Shown here: positions 25,496-39,092 of the stretch, in pieces
Numbering within the stretch: position 1 is the stretch's first letter
Layout of the letters: each line of letters opens with the position of its first letter
From: Lingula anatina
Taxonomy: Eukaryota > Animalia > Brachiopoda
Length of the DNA stretch: 64,000 bases
Reading direction: 5' to 3'
Assembly: GCA_051362555.1 (NCBI GenBank)
Contig: JBPQGU010000016.1
Span: 1,984,001 to 2,048,000, forward strand
Program-made: the position numbers and the translations under genes
The notes under the pieces: generated by a model
The model's database searches: none
Seen by the model: only the letters and a program-made list of their open reading frames with translations
What the model was told of the DNA's origin: nothing

Positions 25496-25730
25496 AGTGT
25501 TGATTTAAGTGGGGTGTCCCCTTCCCCCCTCTTTGATTTCTGGAAAATATTACACCAATATTGGACCCCTTTTGAAACTAGAAATTTATCTAGATGAATC
25601 ATAGTTCTTAACCGTACCAAATGGCACCGTTCGCCCTCTAAAATACCGAACCCCACGAATATAGAAAGGAAATTAAGGGTCGGCTTTGCATCCGCTGACC
25701 CCCATTCAAATAATCCTGAATCCGCCTTTG
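25496..25730. mobile_element. hAT-like MITE, same family as 2096-2344
   Basis: CAGTGTTGATTT...AATCCGCCTTTG ends; shared internal ATGGCACCGTTCGCCCTCTAAAATACC. Confidence 0.55.
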
Positions 25731-25870
25731 ATATAATGCTTTACTTTCTCGTTCCGTTTCATGATGCCCGCGTTTTATGTCTAGTTTTATTTTCTTTCTT
25801 TTTTTATTTTTTTATTTTTTATTATTATTATTTTTTTTTTGGGGGGGGGGGCGGGGGGGGCCATAAACTG

Positions 25871-25945
<75 letters not shown>

Positions 25946-25985
25946 GACAATGAGACGTGACCATCGTCCAATAGACAAAACGCGG

Positions 25986-26067
25986 TGACAATGGTGGGAT
26001 TCAAACCCACGCCTTAGCAGAGACTGGTACCTTAAACCAGCGCCTGAGATCGCTCGGCAGCGCTACC
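25986..26067 (-). tRNA. tRNA-Leu: tRNA-Leu(AAG) pseudogene
   Basis: Minus strand GGTAGCGCTGCCGAGCGATCTCAGGCGCTGGTTTAAGGTACCAGTCTCTGCTAAGGCGTGGGTTTGAATCCCACCATTGTCA (82 nt, long variable arm, anticodon stem CTGGT/ACCAG). D-loop GG>GA, T-loop TTCGA>TTTGA and an acceptor-stem mismatch indicate decay. Confidence 0.85.
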
Positions 26068-26880
26068 GACTGGAGAATATTATTATTCTTGGCCAGATGG
26101 CTACTAGCACGTGGTGATGCTTAGAGCACCTGCCCCTTCATGTTAAATGTTCACCCATTTAAATACTTCATTCTGCTTATACATTTTTGATATTTCATCA
26201 ACGAGTACAAATTGCATTTTGTCAGTCATTTCTTAGACACCCTCGATAAACGCGCTTGCGCACACACAATCACAAACACACAAAAAAAAATCTGGTTGGT
26301 TATAAAATGTATAGCATCAATATATTCAAAAGTTTGATGACATGTATTTGTTGAAAACATCTTTGGGTATATACATGGTTGTATTCTCGAAATGTATCAT
26401 GGGTGGAATTTGACTTAAGCAAATAATAACATGACATCATATACAAATATGGGGTCAGATGTCTGAAATGTCTTTATTATAATCATTAACTCCATTCAAT
26501 TCACTAAGTGAATTGTTGCTTTTAATATCGAGGTTTTCGCCAGAGTGACAGTGACAAGCTCCACAATTAACACAGTCACAAAGAAGTACACCTTGTAATC
26601 GGTTGTAAGGTACAGACTGCCACTGACAGAGTCAGTATTTTGATGGGGGGGGGGGACGCTTAGGGGGTAAATATACGCTGTGCTCCCCTTGGGTATGCCA
26701 TCGGGATTTTAAACTCTGTCTTTCCTCCAACGCTTGAGCCCTAGATAAATTATTAAATCCTCAGCTGAAAATTATTCTTATATTGTAATTGAATGTATGA
26801 TATAAAACTATCAGTCTATATTAGTAGAATAGACAGCCTGTAAAATGTTACCTGTACACATTTCAGTGTTCGGTAAGATC

Positions 26881-26934
<54 letters not shown>

Positions 26935-26989
26935 TGTTGTGGTTGTTGTTGCTATTATTATATCATTGGGCTTTTCAGTTTGATTTTTT

Positions 26990-27113
26990 TGTGGAAGTGT
27001 GTAGGATTAGTAGACTGACAAACTCATATTAAAAATTTGGATAAAAAATAAAGAGATGACACATTAAATCATATAGCTGGGGTCGTAAATGACCCCACAC
27101 GGTCACTTGAGGG
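26990..27113 (-). mobile_element. Terminal fragment of the piggyBac-like element seen at 60814-61844
   Basis: GGGGTCGTAAATGACCCCACACGGTCACTTGAGGG|TTAA and GTGTGTAGGATTAGTAGACTGACAAACTCAT match the reverse complement of 60814-60940. Confidence 0.8.
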
Positions 27114-27282
27114 TTAAGGGCTATGATGTAACATTTTAAGTTTCTACATCATTTGTTTTGATCAATATTTCGTGTTCTGGTCTTTTTTTCTACCTTTTTT
27201 TATTATTCATTCAAGATACATTGTAAATTCTACAGAACGAATTTGTATGTTAAACTCAATAATAATAATAATAATAATAATA

Positions 27283-27328
<46 letters not shown>

Positions 27329-27847
27329 TATTTATTACTATATACCTGTATATGTCCGCGTGTGCAAATATAGTATGTTTGTACTTCACATAGCATCAAT
27401 TGTCACATCAATAAAAGTCTTATAATTTTTTTAATAAAAAGAAGATGGCGTCCAAGTGAAGAATACAAAAACACAGTTAACAAGAATTTCAACGTATAGA
27501 TGGCGCCTATGCAATGTACAAATTTGAGTGTACCCCCACACTAAAAAACGGTCGGCCATATCTGTTCCGCATGAGGTTTGTGTTGAGGCCATGACTTCTA
27601 GAGACTAAATACCCATTACACAGGTCCTTATAGGAGGGACAGGGTCTTGCCAGTTAGTGACGCAGTCAAGAAGGCTGGTGAAAAAGTGGACTGTGAGTGA
27701 CACACACGCTGAACCCTTGGGCCTCTCTATCGAGTCCGGCTGTCACACTGATAGAGGAAATTCAGACAGGTATCTGGCTCTATAAAGGGTGCAAGTCTTC
27801 ACAATAATTAAGCAACTGCGAGTAATTAATAAGCCCAAGTAGCAGTA

Positions 27848-28494
27848 ATGAACAGGAGAATGGCGTACCAAAAGCTGGAAGAAACCAGCGTTGTCTGCCA
27901 CAGTCTGCAAAACTATAACGTGTTCATAGTGGGGTACACTGGACACGGGAAGTCAGCCACTATGATGAACATTATACGGGACGTAGATTATAAGGGAGCC
28001 ACGGGATACAAAATAGAGGAGAGAACACATGTACATTCTATGACACACCAGGGTTCGGCTCGCTGGATACAACGGACTCGCACGTGCTACGGGCGATAAA
28101 TAAAAAAGCCCACGCGGTCGGTGAAGTACACGCTTTGTTATTCGTGCTGCGTTATTCGCGCATCACAAGCTCCCTGATTACTTTAATACAAGAACTTAAG
28201 GATGCATTCGGGCCAGACTACCACAGACGCACCATCATAGTCTTTACTTTCACTAACCATGAAGCCGACCTAAAATTAGCCGACTATTTGAATGACAGTC
28301 CGCCGGAATTTCAGAAATTTGTCGGCTTGTGTAATGGCAGGGTGATCATGTTGGAAAATTCTGACTTCCAGACTGGGGAAACTGCTGCCTCACAAATTGT
28401 GGACATGATAACGAACAGACTGCATTCAGAGCCGTTGGTAGTTCCATGGTCTAGAGTTAGTAATCTTATTGACGCATGTCAGTTGTTTAGGTAA
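27848..28494 (+). pseudogene. GIMAP-A copy 2, frameshifted
   Basis: 7-nt deletion (CGAGAAA) at ~28029, just before the DTPG motif, splits the gene into ORFs 27848-28099 and 28084-28494. Confidence 0.85.
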
Positions 28495-28592
28495 ATAGAA
28501 AAATAAGACATAACGGAATTAATGTTCAGAAAATAATAATGAATGAATAAATGAAAAAATATGCGAATGAATGAATGCATGCTATTGTGATA

Positions 28593-28653
<61 letters not shown>

Positions 28654-31079
28654 GGGGGGGGCGGGAGAGAATAAGTGATAGAGGACGTGAGAGAATGAGA
28701 GAGAGAGTGAATGAAAGAAAAAAGTACGGTTTGAACTATTCTTATGATATTTAAACAGGTCTGGGTCAGACAACGTTTGCATCGACGAAAGAATAAATGA
28801 ATAAGCTTACAAAGAATTATTATTTATTTATTTATTTATTTACTTGTCTCGTTCCAGTTGCACGCGTGTTTGTGGTCGTGTCTGGACCTCGTGGTGTTCG
28901 TGATTTCCAGTGTATGGCAGGGCCTGTGTCACCTGTACAGGGTCGTAGTAGGACGGAGGTGATGGGAAAATTGGACAGTCTAAACGTTTTGTATAAAAAA
29001 TACGTGCTTTAAGTATGATTTTTTTTAATTTAGTAGAAAAAGTAAGAAAGGGGACTGAAGTTGGGTGCAGGTTTTCATGTACAAATAAATAAATAAATAA
29101 ATTAATTAATAAATGGCTTGTGCAAGTTGCATTTCCATTTGTATGAATATTGTGTATGTTTCTTAAGAACAGAAAGTAGATAATATTTTTTCTAGGAACG
29201 GTTGTTGTTTATTCAAACTTGATTTTTTTCTGTTGGTATTTTAAGTTCCGTTATATCCAACTAAAAGTACACGTGTTTCACATTAATAGACATGTGACCG
29301 TAATGAGGTCAACCACTTTTTTTCAATCTCACATGCACACGTTTAGACTCCAAAAACAGGATAATTGTGATATTCAAACAGCTGTTGACGTTCACATTAC
29401 ATTGTAGCTGCATTTTTGAAGAGGTTAAATGGTGCATGTGGTGAAATATACATGAATAAATTAAATGAAAATATCGAATATCGTGTTAGTTTATGAAGCA
29501 ATTTTGTCTATAACTACTTATCTTTTTATTTTTTAATATATCCTGCGTTTTATTTAATTTACCTATTCTTGTTAGTAATTAATTAATTTAATGTATCTCA
29601 GCCTGTTTGACTTTTTTTACTTTTCTCTGCGTACGCATCGCGTTTTAAACATTTGTTCACATCAGACTAGAAACTGAAATTTAAAACAAATATTTGTATC
29701 CATCATTTTCACACGCAAAATTGCGGCCCACCTCGTGCTACAAATAGCGCACCTCTACTCCCCCCCCCCTTTCCGCCCGCTTCTAGCTTGCAGAGAAATA
29801 AATTCCCTGTTTTGAAAAATAATGCATATTAATTTCCTGCTGTTTATATCTCGACTAAATTGTGTGGAAAATTCAATACCAGTTGTTTCTATTATACGAG
29901 CTATTTTCAAGGTGGGATTTTCTGTATCAACTTTTAGTTTCGATACATCTTCTTGGAAAACCCGCGTTCCACGTAAAACCTCAGAGGTGAGTCAGAATGC
30001 GGTCAATCACGTTCTGCACCGCTCACTAACAAGTTTAGGCCCAGGAAGTAGAGCATTTTATCAAGGGGCTACATTTTTATGCTCCTCACATACAGAGAAA
30101 TAAATTCCCCTAACGGCCGATTCGAAAGAAAATGCATATTAATTTCCTGGACTTTCCTGTGGTTATTTCTTGATTAGTTTGTACAGAAAGTTCAGACTCG
30201 GTTGTTCTTATAAAAAGAGCTTTCTTCAAGGCGGGGTAGAGTAAATAAATTAAACCGCAAGTCTTGAAAAACGCCGAAATGAACTCTGCAAAGCCTGCTG
30301 AAGAAGCACGTGATGTGATGTTTTCCTCTTTCTTTTTACATGCTTTTATTGTTAACATAAACTGTCCAATCCAATCATATACACGGAAACTTTTCATCTC
30401 TTCCAAGAACTGTTGATGTCATTAGTTCTAAATATAACCCTCCCACTTGGAAACGAACGTACTTGAGATATACAGAATTGGGATATTTAACGTTGTTACA
30501 ATGCGTTGTATGCTGGTATAATTCTAAAATAAGAATTCTATCTTAACAGTAAGCAGTATGAAAAAAGCATCGTCACGTGGGCTTTCTTTTCTCTCCTTCT
30601 CTGTCTCTCTACTCTTATCTTACAAGACTTAGTTTCACTTTGAATGCATGCATGAAAACAATTTAGTATCAACATGGAAATATAATCAGCGCCCTTGCAT
30701 TTTTACCAGGCACGTGCACTGATGCGTTGAAACAATGTTTTGACTCACTCCCAGCGCCCGAAGCCCAAACAAAATGCGCGTGGCATTTCAATCTTATTTC
30801 AAACCAGCCGAGAGAGGTCTCTTTATCATATGTCCCTACTATACGGCAGTAACATACGACAGTAACTATTTCACTACTTCCATTTTGACATCAATGATCT
30901 TTTATTTAAATTGCAAAGACTCAGTTTTCGCGTAAAACTACCAAGGTTTTTGGAATACATCTTCATGATGAGTATGTTATTCATGACATTACACATCTGT
31001 AAAGTATTCTTTCAGTTTGGTATTTTAAAAATTCCCGATTCTTTAGTCTGTTTTAACTCAAACAAAAGGGGTTAAATAT

Positions 31080-34000
31080 TTAAGTAAATGGACATTCTCT
31101 CGCAAATTCTTCAGTAGAATGGTTGCTGTTCTTGTCGCCATCTATCCCTTCAAAACTCCAAAATCGGGTTAATCTAAGCAGAGACGACCACCTACTCTGA
31201 AAAAAAAAAAACAATATTCAAGGTTATTATTATTATCATCATTATTATTATTACGTAACGTCAAAGTCGAGTATATTGACCTTTTAATTAAAAAGAAAAC
31301 ATGAGAAAAGCATTTTTAGAGTTTATCAAATTAGTGTTGTTTCGTTTCCATCGAGAATTAAAGGATTATAAGGGTTTTTATAAGGGAAATTAAAGCAATA
31401 AATAAAAGAGAAAATTGACGTGAGATGTGAGTGGACAATTTATAATCCATTCCGAACAAATAACAAAGAACAAATATAATACATTTCGCAAAAGAAAAAA
31501 AATTCACGTTTCAAAATTTAAAGCTTTATGTAATAATATGGATTTCTTGAAAACGTGTACCACTGGAATGTTTGATTTGTGTGTTATTTCAGTAATTATC
31601 AAAATGAAGCCTACCTCTAATTGGAATACCTTGGTTCCCTCTACAATACTTTTAATATGGTCTTGTATGAGTTTAATTTTTGTGTCTTTATCGTCACTCT
31701 TTGATTTATTGTCTATGACGACAACTCTGCTGTCGGCTTCTTTAACCTTGTTTCTGAAAGCCTCGGGAAATCTGTCAATGAAGTCTTGGGTCAGCAGCCC
31801 GGGATAAATGTCACCATGCGTGAATACAAAGACTGTGCTTTTTAGAAAATCCTCAAACTGAGACTCCAACAAGTTTAAGGTTACAATTTCATAGTCTGTG
31901 ATTCTCTTACTGCAATTCATAACATAAATAAACGCATTCACGTGATCAATATCATTGGCCTTTCTTTTTATTGTTGTCATAACTTTCTCGTCTGAAAACG
32001 ACAATGAACCAAACCCGGGCGTGTCTACTATCCACCATTCCCCCTCGTTCCCGTACCACCGATATTTTCTCTGACAGCAGTCCTTCTTTTCAGACAAATG
32101 GTTGTTACGGGTGAGCGTGCTCACGAGGGCCGTTTTGCCTTGGTTCACACGGCCCACAACCATGACCACTGTTGACCCTGAAAATGCACAATAACCTCTT
32201 AGTCATACTAAATCAGATTGTTATTGAAAAGAGACGATTGCATTCGGACTCTATACAAAAAGCATTGACATTCCTTCTGCAGATCAGTCCGGGAGCCCAG
32301 GCCTATGACAAAGCAAGAGGCAATTGTATTCACGTCTTAGCTGATGGTTAACCAAAACTCATCAATTTCATTTATTTTTTTAACTCTTGGCTTACAATAT
32401 GAAACACCTTCAACGGAATTGTAATGTGTAGGCTATATTGAGGATAAACTGTCGGTCGCTTTAAGAGTCCAAACTTTCAACAAGGAAAAGGAAGATATTT
32501 ATATTAAAATAAGTGCATGTACATGTACATGTAGAGGAGCTGACACTCATCAAGTTCAATTCATAATCTATTCTTTCTCTTTTGACGAACACCTTATCCT
32601 GAATTTTCCTTTGTAAGGGTTATTTTGATATATACACGCACCCCCCCCCCAACAAAATCAACACCGATTAAAACAACCTCGTTTGTTTGCCAGAGGTTTA
32701 AGACTTTATTTATTTAGTACAGTCTGTTCATATCTTAAATAATAATTATTATTATTATCATTATTATTATTAAGTCTATGACGTTCAGTTTAAATTCAAT
32801 GTTAAAACTTTACATATTAAAAAACTAAAACAATATACAAAACCGCAGTTGATGCATTCTATTAAAGGGGACATTTAAAATTACACTGATAGATATTTTT
32901 TTACATTAAAGCACGTACACTAAGATATTAAAAGAAAGCTCTGAGTTATTTTTAAAAACCATTCTTTGATACTATTTGGTATAAACTGAGTGACAGTATG
33001 TTCCATTCCATTGGAGCCGACACTTAAAAAGCTTAGATGTCATACGTTGTTAGTCTGCTAATTATCAGGAGGGTCGGAAATAACGTTCACTATATAGTAT
33101 CAGTGACAACAGACACGGCCTAGACATAGCCTTTATGTAATCTTCTGTAAACAAATTCGGCTCCAAAGTGTCCATAAATAATATTTACTTATCTTATCTA
33201 AATACAGATGGGGTTTATTGCCCGCTTTTACAACGTGGAAATATATGATAAAACCAAAAATCATTCCCAAGGAGACTGGTGTGTGTTTGTGTTTATGTGT
33301 GTGTGTGTGCGTGTGTGTGTGTGTTTATGTGTGCGTTTGTGTGGGTGCGTTTGTGTGTGCGTGTGTTTAAGTATGTGTGTGTGCGTTTGAGTGTGCATTT
33401 ATGTACGTGTGTGTGCGTTTGTTTATGAGTGTGTTTGTGCATTTTTGTGAGCGTTTGTATGTGCGTGTGCGCTCGTGCGTTCATACGTGCGTGTGTGACA
33501 CACGGTCGATGGTTTGGCCCTTTGTCCATATAGCTAAATACTTTATCAACACTACACTAGAGACATACATGTAGCAACCTAGGTCAACGTGTAATAAATC
33601 TGGCTATACTCATCTTTTCCAACTTGATACACAGAAAAACCTTTTTGTCTTTCACTTATATAATTGAAATCTACAGTTCCTTGCTAGATATATTACAGTT
33701 TCTTTTTTTTTTTTTTTTCTTTTTTCCGGGGGTATTTTTTTAGTAGTAGGATTGTAGTAGGATTGTTTGGCAATTCATGCTCAACAAACCGGTGTCCTTT
33801 GTTACAGTATAAGACCCTTTTCCTTTTGTGAACGCACTCTCTCTCTCTCTCTCTCTCTCTTTGTTGATCTCTCTTAATTTTAATAAAACGGAATCTTGGC
33901 GGCATTGAGTTGACATTCTTCACGTCAAGCTCTTCCCCCTTTTTCTATTGAGTGCCATTGTTCTGGGTGCGTGACAAGCTTAAAGGGATAATAACTCTTC

Positions 34001-34237
34001 GTTTTAGCCAAAAAAATTATTTTTCCTGGAGTAAACAACAATTTTCCCATACTTACCAATGGTTAATGAATCCATTTTTACATTCAAAGTTAGTCCCTGT
34101 TTTTTTTTTTTTTTTTCTAAAAAGTTTGTCTTTTTGTTATAATCTCCTAAGAGATTATAACAGAATATAGTCATCAATGGAGGTCATGTGGTCTAAAGAC
34201 AAACTCAGATATCAGAATAATAGCTATAACTGGCGTT

Positions 34238-34280
<43 letters not shown>

Positions 34281-35070
34281 TTTTTTGGTAAAACAGAATA
34301 TATTATATGTCTATGAGTTGTTCACAATGTTTTTTAATTGTGAAATGTAGATCTCATACGAAGAGTTGTTATCCCTTTAAGTTTCTCCACGTTTTAATTT
34401 TATTTTTGTCTGCCTTTACATTCAGATAAGATACCAGTAAACACACCAAAAACAATACATAGAGCACGAGGTTTAGCCACTCTTTTAGGCCCACTAACCA
34501 AACAGTAGTTCGCTTAGCCTACCGCAAGGTTACTTATGCTATTAGGTCTGCTGTAAGAAGCAGCTACATCAGTGCACGGTGGGATCAGGATATGGGGGAT
34601 ATCGCCTGGGGGGTCAAAGATAAAAACGAATGCCTAACAAAGTGAAACAGTAAACCACATATTTACATGCATACTATACTATTTATGACACAGGGTTAGG
34701 AAATGCACTTGGTTTTGTCTAAGTCCACTCATAATAAATTTTAGGGTCATTATTTTATTAAGTGGAGGAGGAAGTAGACAGGTCCATGGGAAGCGAGTAA
34801 AAGTCGATGGTATACCTTGCTTTTGTTTACAGCTTTGCATGCAGGACAATAACCGCAGGCAAGGGCTCATATCACAGTGTGGTTTAAACACTTGAGAACC
34901 TGTTTTTCTTCAGTTGTACCGGTTGTATCATTCATGAAAACCGAGACAAGAGTTCACCATGTAGGCCTACATATTACGTTCCTGTAAATGTGGGGCATTA
35001 TAGAGATGGAAACCAGGAGAAACAAGCAGAGGGGAAGATGTTTCTTGTATCACTCACCTTTGGCGGTCAT
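31080..35070 (-). CDS. GIMAP-B copy 2; exons 35058-35070, 31615-32177, 31080-31196 (~230 aa)
   Basis: Same splice sites and motifs as copy 1; only in-frame indels (-3 nt, +9 nt); ends ...FARECPFT*. Confidence 0.8.
33984..34376. mobile_element. TTAA-flanked Kolobok-like MITE, duplicate of 12281-12647
   Basis: Same TIRs and TTAA flanks; present in both units. Confidence 0.8.
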
Positions 35071-35239
35071 TCCACTTTCCTTTTATGTATTAACCTCCTG
35101 TGATTAACCAAGTGAAGCTTAATAAAATGGCTATCTGAGAATCCAACTACAAAACTTCCTGTACTGCCAATGCGCATGTGCAAACATGCGCTGATATTTT
35201 TGTCCTTCTTATAAAGGTTAACCCTTTGAATCCAACCCC

Positions 35240-35478
35240 TGTAAAACAGCATTTTGCAACCGAGTTTCAGCATACATAGTCGAAGCAAACCCGCCCCCAC
35301 TCCAATTCTACCTGTTTCGTACTTCAAACTGTTTCAGGGACCTAGAAAAAATCCTGGTTGCAAAATGCATTGCAGTTGCAAATTGCGTTTTCACGATTTT
35401 CTTTGGTTGCAAAAAGCGTTGCAGTTGAAAAATGCGTTCAGTTGCAAAATGCGGTCGGTTGCAAAATGCGGCTCTACA
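35240..35478. mobile_element. MITE with TGTA...TACA ends inserted in a C-run upstream of GIMAP-B copy 2
   Basis: TGTAAAACAGCATTTTGCAACCGA ... TCGGTTGCAAAATGCGGCTCTACA; internal GTTGCAAAA repeats; flanked by CCCC; absent at ~13516 in unit 1. Confidence 0.8.
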
Positions 35479-36416
35479 CCCCCCCCCCACCCCCCCCACC
35501 CCCACCCCCCATATAGCGTTTTTATCTTATGTTTGAAAAACATAACATAAGGTCTAATGAAGATTAGTTATAGATCGGAATGATTTTCTCCTGTTTCACC
35601 GCACGTTAATTGATCAATAAACTACATTGATTGCCATATTTTGTACATTTGATTTAATAATTAATGTAAAATTTTATTAAATTATTAATTCATTTTTATT
35701 TATAAATGAATATTTAATTTTCCTTATTTCTTTTTTATCTATTAATTAATTAATTTTTTTTTTTTTTCGTTCTTCCGAATAAAATTACGAATTTATCCAA
35801 TAGTTACATGTGGGTCTTTGAAAATGCATGCAGATCCCATTACTTTCTATCTTCTAATTCCGAACTTTTTATAAATCCAGCAAGATATCAATTGAACCAG
35901 TTTGCAACCGTTTAGAAGTGCATTTATTGTCAACAAATATATCAGTATATACATATATTCCATGCATTAAAATCAATAACACAATGCTGTTTTTTTTTTT
36001 TTTTTTTTTTTCTAGATTATCATGCATTCAACTTATGAAGCCCTGGCTTACATATATTTCAATGTAGTGACGACAACGAAGCTTGAAAAACTGAACTAGT
36101 TATGAAGAAGTCGTTGATTCTCCAAATATTTAAAAGCCAAGCAAATCAGACCTTTAAACCGTCTCCACTTTAACCCACAGTGCCTGGCATATTGAATAAG
36201 ATCCGACAGCAGTCAAGGTCGTTGAAAAATGCCCATTAAAAAGGATCACGAACGCCATTTAGGAACGGCGTATTAAACTACCTGACACATGACAACTACG
36301 GAACCACAGCGGTTATTTTAATGTCGCTGTTTAGAATGTTCCCTGATTGTTGGCGTGAAAGTAAATACTGCTATTCTGCATGGATCAGTTCAGTAGCTTT
36401 TGACCAGTATACGTGA

Positions 36417-38164
36417 TTAACTATTGGCGACAGAAACACCAACTGCGACGGCAACAGCGATGACAACAGCGACAACAATAGCACCAGTGACAGCAATGCA
36501 CAGAGGACTTTTTCCACAGCAAATCACCTGGAATAGAAATAATTACAATTACGAAAAAACGCATGTGTGGAATGTAACGAAATCAAGTTATTTTAACAGG
36601 AACAAAAAATCCCTGCCTCATTTATAACAAAACATACACGACATGAGTTTGTGGAGAAAATCAAAGTAGAAAAGATGTGCATTTAGTCCTGTTATATTAA
36701 TGTTTTTTTCGGGAATTATCGGATACGGCTGTTTGACGTTATCACCGCCTTATCCAATGGTTAGTTTTGCTTAAAATCATGAACTGAATACATATGACAA
36801 GACATGTTCAAAATGTTTTTTTTTTTGGCTCATATCACCATGGCCCCCTTTAAAGTAATAACGTATGCAATTTTCAAATGTATTTGTCTTTCTTTACGCA
36901 CGCCGAAACAAGTAGTCGAAGGTGATAAGGCAATGTTCAATACATATAACAAATAAAGGAAGCGAACATTACCCTTCCAGCACCGGGAATTTTATACGGC
37001 ACCGTTTCAACAGATTTTATCAGCTCTATTAACTCTTCTTGTTTCTCTTCTCGGTCTTCCCAGTCACTGTTTTCTACACACCATATTCGTTCACCGCAAT
37101 TTTTATAAAGGCTCTGAAATGTCTCTGGCGAATTGGCTAAAAATTCTCTGATGGAAGTGTTTTTCTGTTTTACGGCATCAGCAAATGTGAGGACAATGAT
37201 GCTTTTTTGAAAAAAATTGTCTCCGAAAATTTTGCAGAACTGATCTACTGCTTTTATTTGAGTGTTTTTAATTCGGTCCGTTTTAAACACAATCAATATT
37301 GCGTCCACGTGCTGCAGACACCTGGCTTCGTTGTATATTCTGTCCAATATCTTGTGGTCAGTTGTGGTCAGGGATCCTAAACCAGGTGTGTCCACAATAT
37401 GGACAGTCGACGAGCTCGGTTCCTTGAGCCTGAAAGTCTTGCGTGCAATTTTGCCATCTTTTCCTTTATAATTAGGGTCCCCGGATAGTTTCATTACAGT
37501 TGCAGATTTCCCTTGCCCCAGATAGCCAACGATAATGACGTTGTAGGTTTTAGTGGTCGCCCTGAAAAAAAAATGCTTTCGCAATGAATTATGAAAAAAT
37601 TAATTAGAAAAAATGGCGGCAGAAACAATCAGAAAATTAAAAATAAAATCTAATCTGAAAGGAGAGAAATGATTTTATTTATGGAAAGAGTTTGTCCGGT
37701 TTCGAAATAGGATTTTTATTATTTTCTCTCTCTATCTGTTACACTATTTAGTGCCGTGTCTTCGTGCCAATAAATTCTTCTTTTTCTTCTTCTTCTTCTT
37801 CTTCTTCTTATTACAGTGGTGTACAATATTAAGTTTAAAAGATCAAAAGTTTATAACATACAATCAAAGATTATCATATGCACAATTAAAGATTCTAAAA
37901 CATACCAACTTACATCCCCATAATGTTATTTTAGACAATTGCCAAGGTATCGATTATAGACACAGTAATGACTATAGCCTGTTCTTGATAATTACCATGT
38001 GTGTGAAATCGAGTACAGTTTACATTAACCCTTTATAACTCTAACAGTTGAACTGAAACTACTGATCCGTTTCTTTGGCCTGAAACTGACTCCACGCTCA
38101 ACTCACTGTTATCTACCTTCTTTACATTAGTGACTTATCATTACACGTGAATGTATACTTACAT
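36417..38164 (-). CDS. GIMAP-C copy 2 (tail-anchored); exons 38163-38164, 36973-37561, 36417-36527 (233 aa)
   Basis: Identical exon lengths (2/589/111 nt); tail VICCGKSPLCIAVTGAIVVAVVIAVAVAVGVSVANS*. Confidence 0.87.
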
Positions 38165-39092
38165 TGCTGTTCCTATTTGGAGATAATGGAGGATCTAGCG
38201 AAGTATTACTACTGCTGTTTTCTGCTTTGGCATGGAAGTGTTGGAGATTTGCTATAAATGCCAAACTGCGCATGCCCTGGTAATTCGCGGGACCTTCACA
38301 AAGTTCCAAGATTTGACAAATTCAAGGGGAAATTGTTAACATATATCAGTTCTTTTCTATTATTTTCCCGCTATTAGCCCTTCCCTATGATCTTCCTGTC
38401 ATTATAGTGTATAGTTGCCGTGTTCAAATTGTAACTCGTATATGTATAAAACACGATAAATCATTTACTTTCAAACTCACCCAAAACAGCAACACATATT
38501 TAATAACCTGGACACTTTATTGATGGTATTCTGTTTGCGATTCTACAACTTAAAGAAAGTGGGAAACGGGCACTTTGCCACATTATTCACATCAGTGGGA
38601 AAACATAGTTTTCTTTATCCTCTTTTGTTTTAGCCAGAAATAAGTTAAAGATGTTATGAGACGCTCCCTGAGCTCTTGACCTCCTAGGCGTTATTGATTT
38701 GCATATCAGCGGCACGAGGTAACATCCGCCCAGCCAGCCTCAACTCACGTCTTTCAGATACTCGCACAGCGTACAGCAAATGATGTTGATAGGCAGGAAG
38801 TCGTCGTTACCAAACACATACTCTGCTCATGAAGTATAGTCGAACTAACAATCTCAACAAGGTAAAGGGTTGATATTCTGCACTGAAATATTTACTTTAA
38901 AATCAACAGGGTAGTGCGTTATCAAATTACTTTAAAAGAGAGGACAGGAAAGCATTTTAATCTGGTTAACTTTGGCGAAAGTAAAACTTTCAAAACTGTC
39001 ACGCTGCTAGCAGAAAAGACTTCACACACACTTGAACATAATCTAGACAGCATAGTTTACTGGGGCACAAACAAGCAAAGATAGACTGCACC

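Larger units (their letters stand above)
3940..25660. repeat. Segmental duplication unit 1 (five-gene GIMAP cassette)
   Basis: Colinear with ~27440-48225: same gene order, orientation, introns and intergenic DNA. Offset shrinks from ~23.5 kb (gene A) to ~21.75 kb (fusion gene) through indels. Boundaries approximate. Confidence 0.93.

Noticed and set aside
31080-31094. CaaX-like end (CPFT*) of GIMAP-B copy 2, and CQLFR* of A copy 2
   Set aside because: Not conserved in copy 1 (LSFT*), poor aliphatic fit; the A ending has the wrong spacing and lies in a frameshifted copy.
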